Shown here one piece after another: positions 29,925 through 41,259 of a DNA stretch of 64,000 bases. The stretch is from Candidatus Thalassarchaeaceae archaeon (GTDB lineage Archaea > Thermoplasmatota > Poseidoniia > Poseidoniales > Thalassarchaeaceae): assembly GCA_943841885.1 (NCBI GenBank), contig CALSZZ010000002.1:28262-92261 (forward strand), in the 5' to 3' direction. Position 1 is the first letter of the stretch; each line of letters opens with the position of its first letter. The notes beneath the pieces were generated by a model, which saw nothing but the letters and a program-made list of their open reading frames with translations, did not search any database and was not told where the DNA came from. The position numbers were made by a program, and so were the translations under genes.

Positions 29925-32612
29925 ATGAGTGCTAAAAATCCATTCGATTCTTTATCGAGATTTGAAACTAATGATGGCACATATTCTGAATATTTTAGAT
30001 TACAGAAATTACAAGAATTAGGTCACTGTAATTTAGAAAATCTCCCTTTTACTATTAGGATTCTTTTGGAGTCTGCATTAAGGAATTGTGACGACTTTCT
30101 AATAAAAGAAGATGATGTTGTCCGAATTGCATCATGGTCTCCAAAAATGACTCCAAAAGAAATACCCTTCAGCCCCAGTAGGGTATTACTTCAAGATTTT
30201 ACAGGCGTCCCAGCAGTCGTGGATATAGCAGCTTTAAGGGATGCTATGGTTGAATTAGGAGGAGATCCAGAAAAAGTTAACCCTCAAGTTCCTGTTGATT
30301 TGGTTATCGATCATTCTGTCCAAGTAGATTTTTCCGGTCTTTTCCCCGATGCCAAGGAACGTAATCTGGACATTGAGTACCAGAGAAATATTGAGAGATA
30401 TAAATTCCTCAAATGGGGTCAAAATTCATTAGATAATTTCAGAGCAGTCCCCCCAGGAAGGGGAATCGTCCATCAAGTAAATCTTGAGTGGATAGCATCT
30501 GTAGCTATGGAGGAAAATGATGTTTGGTTTCCCGATTCTTTAGTTGGTACTGACTCGCATACTACCATGATAAACGGGCTAGGGGTTTTAGGCTGGGGTG
30601 TTGGGGGAATCGAAGCAGAAGCAGTAATGCTCGGTCAACCAATTTATATGCTACTCCCCGAGGTTGTTGGATTCAAATTAACAGGTAAATTAAATCCTGG
30701 AGTTACGGCTACTGATATGACTCTCAGGATCGTAGAAATGTTACGCAAACATGATTGTGTAGGTAAATTTGTTGAATTCTTTGGCCCGGGAGTTAACAAT
30801 CTAAATCTTCCTGATAGAGCAACAATTGCTAATATGGCTCCTGAATATGGAGCCACTTGTGGTTTTTTCCCAGTGGATGAAAAAACTCTGGATTACATGA
30901 AACTTTCAGGTAGAAATTTAGAACATGTAGACAATGTCAAGAGATATTTAGAAAATCAAGGATTATTCCTAACTAAAGATACTAAGGAGCCTACTTTCAC
31001 ATCCTCTATTTCTCTGGATTTATCAGAGGTAATTCCTGCTATGGCAGGGCCAAAGAGACCCCAAGACAGAGTCAATTTATCAGATATGAAATCTCATTTC
31101 AAATCCTCATTAAATGCACCATTAGGTTACCTAGGCCATGGCATTGCAATTAAAAATAATAATGATAAATCGAATATCTCAGGCTCAATAGATGATTTAA
31201 AACATGGAGATGTAGTAATTGCCGCGATTACAAGTTGTACAAATACTAGCAATCCAAGTGTTATGATGTCTGCAGGTTTGCTAGCAAGAAATGCTCGTAA
31301 CATGGGCCTCGAAATTAAACCATGGGTTAAACCAAGTTTAGCCCCAGGTAGTAGAGTTGTAACGGAATATTATGATGCTGCAGGTTTAACAGAAGATCTT
31401 TCTTCTTTGGGATTCAATGTAGTTGGTTATGGGTGTACAACATGCATAGGAAATTCTGGACCACTAGATCCAAAGATAGAATCTGCCATTGATAAATCCA
31501 ATTTGATTGTAGGAAGTGTACTTTCCGGTAACAGGAATTTTGAAGGGAGAATACATCAAAAAGTTAAGGCAAACTATCTTGCTAGTCCGCCTTTAGTAGT
31601 TGCATACGCACTGGCAGGTACTTTGAATTTTGACTTTACAACCGAACCTCTTGGTTTTTCAAATTCTGGAGTTCCAATAATGCTAGCAGATATATGGCCA
31701 TCCGATGAAGAAATTAACACAGTAATATCAAAAGTTATTACTCCTGAAATGTTCAAGGAAAGATATGAAGATATTCTTGAAGAGCCAAGATGGGAATCAA
31801 TACCAAGTAAAAAATCTGCACAATATGATTGGGATATTTCATCAACATACGTTCGCTTGCCTACATTTTTTGATGGAATAAAAGAAAAGCCAGAAGATGT
31901 AGAGGGAATAGAAAATGCTAGAGTTTTATTGAAATTAGGAGATTCAATAACAACTGATCACATTAGTCCCGCCGGAGCATTCTCCTCTCATGGGCCAGCA
32001 GGGAGATATTTGATAGAAAAAGGAGTAAAACCACGGGATTTCAATTCTTTTGGAAGTAGACGAGGTAATCATGAAGTAATGATGCGTGGTACTTTCGCAA
32101 ATGTTCGAATAAGAAATGAATTAGCACCAGGAACTGAAGGTGGCATTACAAATCATCTTCCATCAAATGAAATAGTTTCAATATATGAGGCCAGTGAGAG
32201 ATATCAAAATACAAATACACCATTAGTTGTCTTAGCAGGTTCTCAATATGGAACAGGAAGCAGTCGAGACTGGGCTGCAAAAGGAACTTTGTTATTAGGA
32301 ATAAAAGCAGTTATCGCGACATCATTTGAGAGGATTCACCGTTCTAATCTTGTAGGAATGGGAGTTCTTCCTTTGACATTCAGAGATGGTGAAGATGCAA
32401 ATATGTTAGGATTAGACGGTACAGAATTTTTTGATATCCCAATTTCTACGTCAATAGAGCCACTTTCTATAATTAAAGTAACGGCTACTAAAATAGATGG
32501 TTGTAAAATAGTATTTGATGCAAAAGTACGTCTTGATACATCAGTTGAAGTAGAATATTTCAGAAACGGCGGGATATTACAAACGGTTTTGAGAAATTTA
32601 GCTAAAAAATAA
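29925..32612 (+). CDS. acnA: Aconitate hydratase A
   Basis: LQDFTGVPAVVD, DHSVQ, GTDSHT, AAITSCTNTS, GCTTCIGNSG, TTDHISPAG, GSSRDWAAKG. Confidence 0.97.
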   Translation: MSAKNPFDSLSRFETNDGTYSEYFRLQKLQELGHCNLENLPFTIRILLESALRNCDDFLIKEDDVVRIASWSPKMTPKEIPFSPSRVLLQDFTGVPAVVDIAALRDAMVELGGDPEKVNPQVPVDLVIDHSVQVDFSGLFPDAKERNLDIEYQRNIERYKFLKWGQNSLDNFRAVPPGRGIVHQVNLEWIASVAMEENDVWFPDSLVGTDSHTTMINGLGVLGWGVGGIEAEAVMLGQPIYMLLPEVVGFKLTGKLNPGVTATDMTLRIVEMLRKHDCVGKFVEFFGPGVNNLNLPDRATIANMAPEYGATCGFFPVDEKTLDYMKLSGRNLEHVDNVKRYLENQGLFLTKDTKEPTFTSSISLDLSEVIPAMAGPKRPQDRVNLSDMKSHFKSSLNAPLGYLGHGIAIKNNNDKSNISGSIDDLKHGDVVIAAITSCTNTSNPSVMMSAGLLARNARNMGLEIKPWVKPSLAPGSRVVTEYYDAAGLTEDLSSLGFNVVGYGCTTCIGNSGPLDPKIESAIDKSNLIVGSVLSGNRNFEGRIHQKVKANYLASPPLVVAYALAGTLNFDFTTEPLGFSNSGVPIMLADIWPSDEEINTVISKVITPEMFKERYEDILEEPRWESIPSKKSAQYDWDISSTYVRLPTFFDGIKEKPEDVEGIENARVLLKLGDSITTDHISPAGAFSSHGPAGRYLIEKGVKPRDFNSFGSRRGNHEVMMRGTFANVRIRNELAPGTEGGITNHLPSNEIVSIYEASERYQNTNTPLVVLAGSQYGTGSSRDWAAKGTLLLGIKAVIATSFERIHRSNLVGMGVLPLTFRDGEDANMLGLDGTEFFDIPISTSIEPLSIIKVTATKIDGCKIVFDAKVRLDTSVEVEYFRNGGILQTVLRNLAKK

Positions 32613-32653
32613 TTAGAGAGACATTTATGTTGTAGTGCAAGCGAGGGTATCAT

Positions 32654-33127
32654 ATGAGCGAAGAAGAAGGAGAAGGAGAAGGAGTGGTAGAAAATACTCC
32701 ATCTTTGCCGGGCCCTACTCCAAATCCATCAAGCATACCCTCCGTCGTTAGGGCAGTCGGAAATTTAGACCTAAATGCTAAAGTTGATGAACTAGGATTT
32801 TCTAAAAAGACTGACCCAAATATAAGTGCTATTATTGAATTTTTAAATGAAGTTGAAATGCCACTTCCATTATCAAATAATCTATCCGGTGACCCTCAAG
32901 CAGAATCTTGGCTACAATTATTGATGACTTTAGTCGTCAGGGAACATGGCCACTCTTCTTTACCTATCAGTTCAATCGAGAAGGCAATAGGTGAAAAGAT
33001 GAATCGGGAAGGAGTAGAATTAGAAATTTTTTTAGATAGGCTTTGGATAATGGGAAGGTTGGAAAGAATTTATGGTGGTGCAGAAGTTCAATATTCTCCA
33101 AACCCTAGTTGGTTAGAATCTCAGTAG
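32654..33127 (+). CDS. Hypothetical protein, possible C-terminal winged helix
   Basis: 157-aa ORF with GAGGG RBS; Pro-rich N-terminus; helix-helix-wing-like pattern ELEIFLDRLWIMGRLERIYGGAEVQY. Confidence 0.65.
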   Translation: MSEEEGEGEGVVENTPSLPGPTPNPSSIPSVVRAVGNLDLNAKVDELGFSKKTDPNISAIIEFLNEVEMPLPLSNNLSGDPQAESWLQLLMTLVVREHGHSSLPISSIEKAIGEKMNREGVELEIFLDRLWIMGRLERIYGGAEVQYSPNPSWLESQ

Positions 33128-33225
33128 AATACTTATTTTTTCCTAATCAGAATGCAATAAGGCATAATAATAAGATGAAAGTCGCAAGTGGTATGCAGAG
33201 AGATAACAATCACCGTGACCGCAAT

Positions 33226-36200
33226 ATGAAGAGTGGCAGAGCAATAATGCTTGTCCTCATTATGGTATCCTCAACACTTATTGCAATGATTCCCTCTGTT
33301 TACGCTTCGCATACTACTCAATATGCAGTTCAACGAGATCCATCTGCCATAGCAATTGGGGATTTAGATTGTGATGGGGATAATGATATTATTGCTGCAA
33401 GTACTATGGGTCATTTCCTTAGTGTATTGTATAATGATGGATTTGGTACCGCAGAAAGCACTCCTACGGGGACATTCGCCGATAGACAAGATATTTACAT
33501 ATCAAACAACGACACTCGCAGGGCAGGTTTCAGAGATACTGCTGATGGTACTAGGGCAGAAATAGCTGATGTAGATGGCGATGAAATAAATGATATTATT
33601 TACTATCAACAAAATATCAGGTTTGTTGGGGAATCATTTGTCAGGCCTGCAAATCTTACTGTTCTGAAAGGAGTTTGCGATGACCGTGTCAATTTATGGG
33701 AAGACATGGCTTCAATTACAGTTACTAACCCATTTCTTTTAGACTTAGACGTTGATGATATAGACGGGGATGGGAATGCTGATACGGTCTTTGTTACTCA
33801 AGATTCTACAGGCGCGAACCAGTATATTCAAGTGTACATGGGTCCGGATTATACTCTACCAATTAATCAACAAACTATTCCTGTACCTCTCACAAATGGA
33901 ATTTATACAGATCTTATGTTAGGTCATTGGGGGGAGACTGTTCAATCTAGCGGAACTCCTGGAATCCCTTCTACTGACTGTGAAGATCTCGACCTATGGC
34001 TTCTACGTACCCCTCCCTTCAATGTTGGTGTTGGATATTCTGTTGGTCATTTTGATAATATGACAGTTTTAGAATTCAATTGTCTTCCTACAGCAGGGAA
34101 TGTATTCTTTTCCAATCCTATGGATCCTGCTGCCCAAGGGATGCATGAGTTCAAATTAGATGCAGAACACAACTATCCACTTTATGGGATAGATATCGCA
34201 GATACTACTCCTGATGATGAAGATAATGAGGTTGATTTAGTTGCAGCTATAGATGGAATAGAAGGTAGAGTAAACTATGCTACTAAATCTGGAAGCACTT
34301 GGAATACTCAAAATTACGTAAACGAGTTAGGAGATTACCTTGGAGCGTCATTGACTATTGCCGATGTCAATAGAGATGGAGAAATGGATTTCTTCATTCC
34401 AACAGAATTAACTTTGGAAATCATTCAAGACTCCTCTGCTCAGAATCAAACATATCTAAGTTTAGAAAACTTAAGAGCTACAAATACTGTAGAAATTATA
34501 CTTGCTAATCCTGATGGGGCCGGTTATCTTCCTTCACTTTCATTTGATGTCGGAAGACGCCCCAGTGTTGCAATGCCTGGTCAGTTACAAGGAGGTTCAG
34601 ACAGCGCACTTGAAATTGTAATAGGGCAGAGAGATTATGCATACAGATTTGCAAATAATGCAATGTGGCTTGATACCCAAGGTTGGCCAGGTGCAGGAGA
34701 TTATCTTTCAGTTTTGACTTTGGATAATTTCGATTTAGGACTTACTGGAGTGACGATAGAACCTTCTTCTGTAGATCCTTCCACTGGTCAAGCGATGCTT
34801 GGAGAAGGGAATAGATGGGTCAATGTCACCGTGAGAAATACCGGCCTAAATGCGATTGCAAGTGGGAGTGTAGATGTCAATCTTCAAGTTAAAGAAGTAC
34901 TCGGCGGTAACGATACAATAGTTTATTCAAATGACTTTGAAGATGGCGATAATCCAACAATAAATATAGCAAATGCACAATTTTCTAAATATTCATACAC
35001 TGGAGAATATCCAGAAGGACACTCATCTTGGCATCTAGAATCAAACTCTACAGCCGCTTCTGAAAATGTTTCTTGGTATGAAGCTGACAATAATCCAACC
35101 ACTTACTTTTGGGCTGGATTAGATTATGAAGATGAATCAGGTAACTATACTTCAGGATACGTTAACCATATGGATGAAGCATTGATATTGGAAAATATAG
35201 ATTTAACAGGTGCAGATGCTGCATTTATGGATATTTCAATGATGTGTAGCGCAGGCTTTTTCGAACTTTTCTTAGCTGAGGCATATTCAGTAGTTGAGAG
35301 ATGGTTGTATGAAGATGCATGTGGGATAGAAGTATGGAGTGAAGGCACTGGATGGAGAGAAGTCTCTAGAATGGGAGGATGGGATAATGAACGACTTATA
35401 CGCCTATATGCTCTTGATCAAGATCCTGAATATAACAACTACAACGTCAACTTTGGAGGAAATAACTATGCATCTGGTTGGATAAATTATACTGAAGGAG
35501 GAGGTACTTCTGATGATCCATCAGAGACGGAATCAATAGATTTGACTCCTTATGCAGGAGAAATAATAGATATAAGATTCAGATTCCGCAGTGGACTGGA
35601 AGGAACCGTAGGCCCAACAGGCTCTTCTGATAATTCAGGATTAGATGGATTCGCCTTCGATAATATCACTATCAGAAAGAGAAATGTCGAATTTGGAAAC
35701 ATTACTGATGCGAGTCAAGAATTATCCTTTACCAATTTAGACGCGGGTGAAAATCAAGTAGTTCAACTAAATGCGGATTTTGTTGATAATAAGACATACT
35801 ATATCTCTACATCCTTGAGTAATGTGGATATAATAAATCCGTCCGGTGCAGAAGATCAAGACGAAACTAATGATGAGATAAAATTCCAACTAACCGTGAA
35901 AAATCTCTTTGATCCTGGGCTTGCTGAAAGTGCATGGCCGAGTTTGGAAAATGGACAAAGATATGCTTCTGGAGAAAGAGATATTGAAGTCATGGTTCAA
36001 AACTGGGGTAATACTGTAGTTGACTTTGATGTGGAAGCATTTATTCAAAATGCGGAACCAGAATTAATAGCAATTGAAGATTTTTCTGGATTTGAGCCGA
36101 TATGGTTTGATGATAACGATGTAGAGGGTTATGAAAATGGAAGTAGGTTGGATGATTCATCAGGAAGTAATGCAATGCTGCCTCAAAATGTTGGAATTTT

Positions 36201-39200
36201 TAATAGTGATGCATATTGGCTAGGTCACCCTAATGACGGATATGGCGATAATTGGAATGAATCATTCTCTCTTGAACCGATTCCCGTTGGAGAATCGGGG
36301 GCAGATTTCACCTATTTGACGTTCGATTACTATGCTGAGGGAGATTTCTTACAGAATAATCAAGGTCAAGTATTGGCTGAAAGAGACGTGGCATTCTTAG
36401 AAATAGAATGGACAAAGGATGGAGAACTGTTTAATGGAATAGTTTATGGAAGTTGGACCGATTTAAATGAAAATGGCCTTCTTCTCGCTAGGGGTTCAGG
36501 TGGTAATTTATATCATTATTGTGAGGACTTTGATGGTAATGGTTATGATGAAGTCGAGTACTTTGGCGATCATTCCGATCAATATGAATCAGTTTCTTGG
36601 TATGATTCTGAGAGCTTAATGAAATCCGTAACATTAGATTTAACACATATTACTGTTTTAAATCAAACAAATGAAGACTCATTTACATGGACTGAAGAAT
36701 GTACTACTTTAGCGGGCTCAGAGGTTTCTTTGACTTGGAGATTTAGATCTAACGATGATGGTGTACATGGTAATGCAGGATTAGCAGGATTCGCAGTAGA
36801 TAATATAAGAGTAGAAGAATTCACTTTCGAAGATGATGGTACTTACTCAGTCCCTGTTACAGGCATGGATGCTTCAGAACGTCAAAAAGTAACTGTCACT
36901 AATCATGATTTTAATAGTGGAATTTACAAAATAGATGTCAATACTATTTTTAATAATTCAATAATTGATACTCCTTGGTACAATAAATCAGAAGTAAATG
37001 TTGCAAACAATTTTTCCTCAATTATTCTTAGTATTGCCAGCGCGGACATTACATTGATGCAACCAAATGTCCTCGACTGTGCAACTGATATAACATACAA
37101 GTGCGTATACCCTACTAATCCGGATGGAGATTGGGAAAGTTCTCACGACTTCTCTGTCCCATTGTTAAATGGTGTTATCGCCGGCGAATATATACTGTCT
37201 ATGAAGATAGTAGATTTGACGACAGGGGCAACCGTTCTTGAGAAAACAGCTGATAATGGGCCTTTCGACTTAGAACCTCACAATAGGGCTACGGCTAATT
37301 GGTCTAGTCCCTATTCTGGTTGGGAAGATGGACATTCATATAATATCAGTTTCTCTGCTGTTTTAGGTTCTGATGGAGAAAAATCAGGTAATGATAGATA
37401 CTTTGAAATATTATTTGAAGATGAAATAGATGTATTAATTTTATCAAATCCAACAGATCAGAATCGGCTACAGAGAGTTAAGATGGATTTAGAATCAATG
37501 GGTAAGTCCTATACTCAACTAAGAGTTAATGATTGGGAAATTTATGCAACTCCTGATTGGATTGAGCATTACGATAAAGTATTGATGCCTTGGCAAACCG
37601 ATTACAATGTTGTTTATGGAAATTATTATGATATGATGTCTACAAATAGAGATTCTGATGGTTTAAGTCTCACTCAAACTTTGGAATCTTACATGTATGA
37701 TGGCGGAACAGTACAAATGCATTTAGGCCCATATAGGAATGACTACATGCCAGAAAAATTACCTTTTGGAATTGATATTGCTATGAGGAATCAATATAAT
37801 TTTACTATGGATAATAGAATAGGTTATGATAATATTTCCATTGAAGATCCTTTCCATCCAATTTTGAAAGATATCGATACCTCTGCATTGGCAATAGCCC
37901 ATGGAGGGGACTATGTCGCATTATCAGGATTAGATATATCACAAGTTTCTCAATCTCAAATGCCGCAAGTTTGTGGTGGTAGAATAAACGAACCAAGTGG
38001 TACTTTCCATACACTGATTAGGGATATTGATAATCCTACTCAATCACTTATGTCAGTTTGCAATTATTATTCAGGGGGACTTATTGTAACTACAATGGAT
38101 GTTGAAAATCCTAGTATGTCGGAGTCATTTAATGGAACTTCTATTCCATTACTATCAAAAATGTTAGACTTCCATCTAACTCCCTGGGAGGACTCTGATA
38201 GTAACGGTGAGCCTGATTTTGGCATCATTAGGGAAGGATTCCAAATGACTATTGATGGGAAACAACCAATTTTCGATGGAGCTTTAGGTAATTATAGAAC
38301 TACTGCCATAAAAAGTAATGCAAATTTATCATTTAGTTTCGATACCGATGTAGAAGGAATTTTTGCAGATTGGACCTTGGAATCCGGAAATAACGATTCG
38401 GTAACAGATTGGAATGGAGATATTTTAGATGCAGGTAAAATAAGTTCTATGCATCAAGAGGATAAATCTATTCCTATCGATGCCACATTCTGTGTTTCTG
38501 ATGCTAATTCTGATACAGGTTGCAAAATAGATGCTCAGTGGATATTGAGCCTATATCTTCACAATGAATTAGGACACACTAGGACAGCAAAGATAACTCT
38601 GTACACTAATGATGTAGATGCAGACTCATCGGCCCCTATCGCGAGTGCGTCTATCATTAATAATGCAATATCTTTAGAAAATCTAGAATTCTCCGAGACA
38701 AAACGGGTACCAATAGGCGTAGATAGTAATAATGATCCTGTGTATGAGGAGTATCCGGTTTATATCGTTCGTTTATCAGAATCTGGAGATACTACTATAT
38801 CATTTACTGCGGAAAACAGTAGTGATGTGGGAACAGGAATAAAGACATTTATTTGGACAATGGTCGATGATGTTCAGCTTGATATGGTTGGTCAAGTATC
38901 AAACACTAAGCATACATTCGAACTCCCAATAGGAGCAGGTCCGGAATGGAGTTATACATTCAAAAATGTCACTTCGAATGGTATCCAATCCAATCAAGTC
39001 AGAATGGAGTTACAGGTTAAAGACTACACAGGCTTAACAAGTGAAAAATTCAGACTTTTCTTCATTGTTGTCGGAGAATTATTTGGTGATGAACCTCCTG
39101 TGGTAGACTCAGACGACCTATTCACAACTGACGGACAAAGATTTGATGCCTTAGATGCACTTGATATATTAGAAATATCAGGAATTGTAACAGGTGGCGC

Positions 39201-39783
39201 TGAAGAAGATTGTAATGTTGTTGTCGAGATATCTCTGAATGATAACGCAATATTTGACAAAGGAGATGCATCCAAAACTACACAAAAACAATTAGGCCTA
39301 TATGATAAGATAATTGGATTATGTGACGGAGATTCATATCTACTATCTCTAAATATTTCTCATCTTTATGATGAAAATGAGGGTAATACAGGAGACATTT
39401 ATGTCAGAATTTCTGAAGGAAGTTACGTAATAGAGGACTCAATTGCAATATTTACGCTACCTAGGTCGACAGATAATTGTGCTCAAAATCCAGATTCTTG
39501 CGAGTCAGAAGAAAGTAGTAATACGCTACTATTTAGTGGAATTGCTGCTTTAGTACTACTTCTTGTAGTTGGGGCAACTTTAGTTTTGAGAAATAGATCC
39601 TCTTCTAAAAATGACTTGAGTGAAGACTCCATAGAAGTATTTGGAGGAGTCGAACAAATGGATCCGATAGAGGCTTATGTCCAACAAATGGTTGGACAGG
39701 GCTATGAGGAGAGTGTAGCTAGGCAATATGCCGAACAATATTATGCCCAATATTATGAACAACAACGTCAAGGCAAAAGTTGA
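33226..39783 (+). CDS. Giant (~2,200 aa) cell-surface protein: FG-GAP/VCBS repeats, jelly-roll/Ig-like modules, C-terminal TM anchor
   Basis: Signal peptide MKSGRAIMLVL...VYA; GDLDCDGDNDI, ADVDGDEINDI, DIDGDGNAD, ADVNRDGEMD; two FRS(G/N)...GFA(F/V)DNI modules; TM near the C-terminus; start uncertain (33109-33226). Confidence 0.8.
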   Translation: MKSGRAIMLVLIMVSSTLIAMIPSVYASHTTQYAVQRDPSAIAIGDLDCDGDNDIIAASTMGHFLSVLYNDGFGTAESTPTGTFADRQDIYISNNDTRRAGFRDTADGTRAEIADVDGDEINDIIYYQQNIRFVGESFVRPANLTVLKGVCDDRVNLWEDMASITVTNPFLLDLDVDDIDGDGNADTVFVTQDSTGANQYIQVYMGPDYTLPINQQTIPVPLTNGIYTDLMLGHWGETVQSSGTPGIPSTDCEDLDLWLLRTPPFNVGVGYSVGHFDNMTVLEFNCLPTAGNVFFSNPMDPAAQGMHEFKLDAEHNYPLYGIDIADTTPDDEDNEVDLVAAIDGIEGRVNYATKSGSTWNTQNYVNELGDYLGASLTIADVNRDGEMDFFIPTELTLEIIQDSSAQNQTYLSLENLRATNTVEIILANPDGAGYLPSLSFDVGRRPSVAMPGQLQGGSDSALEIVIGQRDYAYRFANNAMWLDTQGWPGAGDYLSVLTLDNFDLGLTGVTIEPSSVDPSTGQAMLGEGNRWVNVTVRNTGLNAIASGSVDVNLQVKEVLGGNDTIVYSNDFEDGDNPTINIANAQFSKYSYTGEYPEGHSSWHLESNSTAASENVSWYEADNNPTTYFWAGLDYEDESGNYTSGYVNHMDEALILENIDLTGADAAFMDISMMCSAGFFELFLAEAYSVVERWLYEDACGIEVWSEGTGWREVSRMGGWDNERLIRLYALDQDPEYNNYNVNFGGNNYASGWINYTEGGGTSDDPSETESIDLTPYAGEIIDIRFRFRSGLEGTVGPTGSSDNSGLDGFAFDNITIRKRNVEFGNITDASQELSFTNLDAGENQVVQLNADFVDNKTYYISTSLSNVDIINPSGAEDQDETNDEIKFQLTVKNLFDPGLAESAWPSLENGQRYASGERDIEVMVQNWGNTVVDFDVEAFIQNAEPELIAIEDFSGFEPIWFDDNDVEGYENGSRLDDSSGSNAMLPQNVGIFNSDAYWLGHPNDGYGDNWNESFSLEPIPVGESGADFTYLTFDYYAEGDFLQNNQGQVLAERDVAFLEIEWTKDGELFNGIVYGSWTDLNENGLLLARGSGGNLYHYCEDFDGNGYDEVEYFGDHSDQYESVSWYDSESLMKSVTLDLTHITVLNQTNEDSFTWTEECTTLAGSEVSLTWRFRSNDDGVHGNAGLAGFAVDNIRVEEFTFEDDGTYSVPVTGMDASERQKVTVTNHDFNSGIYKIDVNTIFNNSIIDTPWYNKSEVNVANNFSSIILSIASADITLMQPNVLDCATDITYKCVYPTNPDGDWESSHDFSVPLLNGVIAGEYILSMKIVDLTTGATVLEKTADNGPFDLEPHNRATANWSSPYSGWEDGHSYNISFSAVLGSDGEKSGNDRYFEILFEDEIDVLILSNPTDQNRLQRVKMDLESMGKSYTQLRVNDWEIYATPDWIEHYDKVLMPWQTDYNVVYGNYYDMMSTNRDSDGLSLTQTLESYMYDGGTVQMHLGPYRNDYMPEKLPFGIDIAMRNQYNFTMDNRIGYDNISIEDPFHPILKDIDTSALAIAHGGDYVALSGLDISQVSQSQMPQVCGGRINEPSGTFHTLIRDIDNPTQSLMSVCNYYSGGLIVTTMDVENPSMSESFNGTSIPLLSKMLDFHLTPWEDSDSNGEPDFGIIREGFQMTIDGKQPIFDGALGNYRTTAIKSNANLSFSFDTDVEGIFADWTLESGNNDSVTDWNGDILDAGKISSMHQEDKSIPIDATFCVSDANSDTGCKIDAQWILSLYLHNELGHTRTAKITLYTNDVDADSSAPIASASIINNAISLENLEFSETKRVPIGVDSNNDPVYEEYPVYIVRLSESGDTTISFTAENSSDVGTGIKTFIWTMVDDVQLDMVGQVSNTKHTFELPIGAGPEWSYTFKNVTSNGIQSNQVRMELQVKDYTGLTSEKFRLFFIVVGELFGDEPPVVDSDDLFTTDGQRFDALDALDILEISGIVTGGAEEDCNVVVEISLNDNAIFDKGDASKTTQKQLGLYDKIIGLCDGDSYLLSLNISHLYDENEGNTGDIYVRISEGSYVIEDSIAIFTLPRSTDNCAQNPDSCESEESSNTLLFSGIAALVLLLVVGATLVLRNRSSSKNDLSEDSIEVFGGVEQMDPIEAYVQQMVGQGYEESVARQYAEQYYAQYYEQQRQGKS

Positions 39784-39833
39784 TGAAAATAATTAGGAGA
39801 TAACTGCATTAATTGTATTATAGTTAGTGATTA

Positions 39834-40976
39834 TTATTTAGAACTTAATTCTCTACTTATGATTAATCTTTGTATTTGACTTGTACCTTCAAATATTTGA
39901 TAGACTTTTGCACCTCTCATTCTTCGAGCAACAGGATATTCTTCAGAATATCCATACCCTCCAAAAACCTGTACCGCGTCTGTTGTTACTTCCATGCATG
40001 TATCAGCTGCGAATCTTTTGGCGTGTGCAGCCTCAAGTGTATTCCGATTTCCATTATCTAAAACCGATGCCGCTTTCCAACATAATAATCGTGCAGCTTC
40101 TATCTTAGTTGCCATATCGGCTATCATAAAGGATATTGATTGATGATTAAAAATAGGCTTCCCCATTGTTTCACGTTCTTTTGAGTATTTCAATGCCTCT
40201 TCCATGGCGCCTCTAGCATTTCCTACTGCATGCGACGATATTGCTGGCCTAGAATGATCAAATGCTTTCATGGCATTAATCCAACCATCATTTTCCCTAC
40301 CTCCAATTAGATTCTCAATAGGTACTCTAACATCAGTAAATGTAACAGAACGAGTATCAGAACATCTTTGTCCCATATTCATTTCCTTTTTACCTAATTC
40401 TATTCCTTCTGAGTCAGCATCTATTATGAAACCACTCATTCCATTGTATCCTGCCTTCTTATTTGTATATGCTAATACGAAGAACCATTCCGCGTGTCCG
40501 GCTCCTGTAATCCACATTTTACTTCCATTAATTATGTATTCATCTCCATCTCTTACTGCTTCAGTTTTTATCCCTCTTACATCACTTCCTGCATTTGGTT
40601 CTGTAACACAGTAAGATGCAATGACTCCATTAGCAGTCTTAGAGAGATATTTTTCTTTTTGCTCTTCAGTTCCTCCAGTGATTATTGGATATGATGCTAG
40701 TATAGTACTGCCCGCAGCAGTTGCGAAACCTGGATCTCCTCTTCCGATTTCTTCAGAAATGATGACATCTTCTATTGAACCCATTCCTCCTCCTCCATAT
40801 TTTTCAGGAATCTTGACTGTTAATAGCCCAATATCTGAAGCATTTTTTATTGCTTCCAATGGGTATATACTTTCTAAATCCCATTTAGATGCATTTGGTA
40901 TTATCTCTTCATCTACAAAATCACGAGCAAGCTGTTGTAACATCTTTTGCTCTTCTGATAACCTAAAGTCTACCAC
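39834..40976 (-). CDS. Acyl-CoA dehydrogenase (medium-chain-like)
   Basis: YCVTEPNAGSD, NGSKMWIT, QVFGGYGY, YQIFEGTSQIQR. Confidence 0.95.
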   Translation of the reverse strand: MVDFRLSEEQKMLQQLARDFVDEEIIPNASKWDLESIYPLEAIKNASDIGLLTVKIPEKYGGGGMGSIEDVIISEEIGRGDPGFATAAGSTILASYPIITGGTEEQKEKYLSKTANGVIASYCVTEPNAGSDVRGIKTEAVRDGDEYIINGSKMWITGAGHAEWFFVLAYTNKKAGYNGMSGFIIDADSEGIELGKKEMNMGQRCSDTRSVTFTDVRVPIENLIGGRENDGWINAMKAFDHSRPAISSHAVGNARGAMEEALKYSKERETMGKPIFNHQSISFMIADMATKIEAARLLCWKAASVLDNGNRNTLEAAHAKRFAADTCMEVTTDAVQVFGGYGYSEEYPVARRMRGAKVYQIFEGTSQIQRLIISRELSSK

Positions 40977-41067
40977 GACATTTGCGTAGTGTCTCCTCTT
41001 TTAGAGGTACAGGTAGTAATATCTCCAATATTGAAGATATTTATGCTATATGAAAGTAAAATTATCC

Positions 41068-41259
41068 TTAATCGACTTTTTTAACATTGACTGCATTAGG
41101 TCCTTTCGGCCCTTCTCCAACCTCAAATTCGACAGAATCTCCATCATTAAGTTCCCCTTCAACTTGGGATTTATGTACGAATAAATCATCTCCCTCATCT
41201 CTTTCAATAAATCCGAATCCTTTAATTCGATTAAACCATTTTACTGTTCCTTGTGCCAT
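41068..41259 (-). CDS. Cold-shock domain protein (CspA family)
   Basis: [18 protein letters not shown]...LFVHKS...[10 protein letters not shown]; likely start ATG 41259. Confidence 0.95.
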   Translation of the reverse strand: MAQGTVKWFNRIKGFGFIERDEGDDLFVHKSQVEGELNDGDSVEFEVGEGPKGPNAVNVKKVD

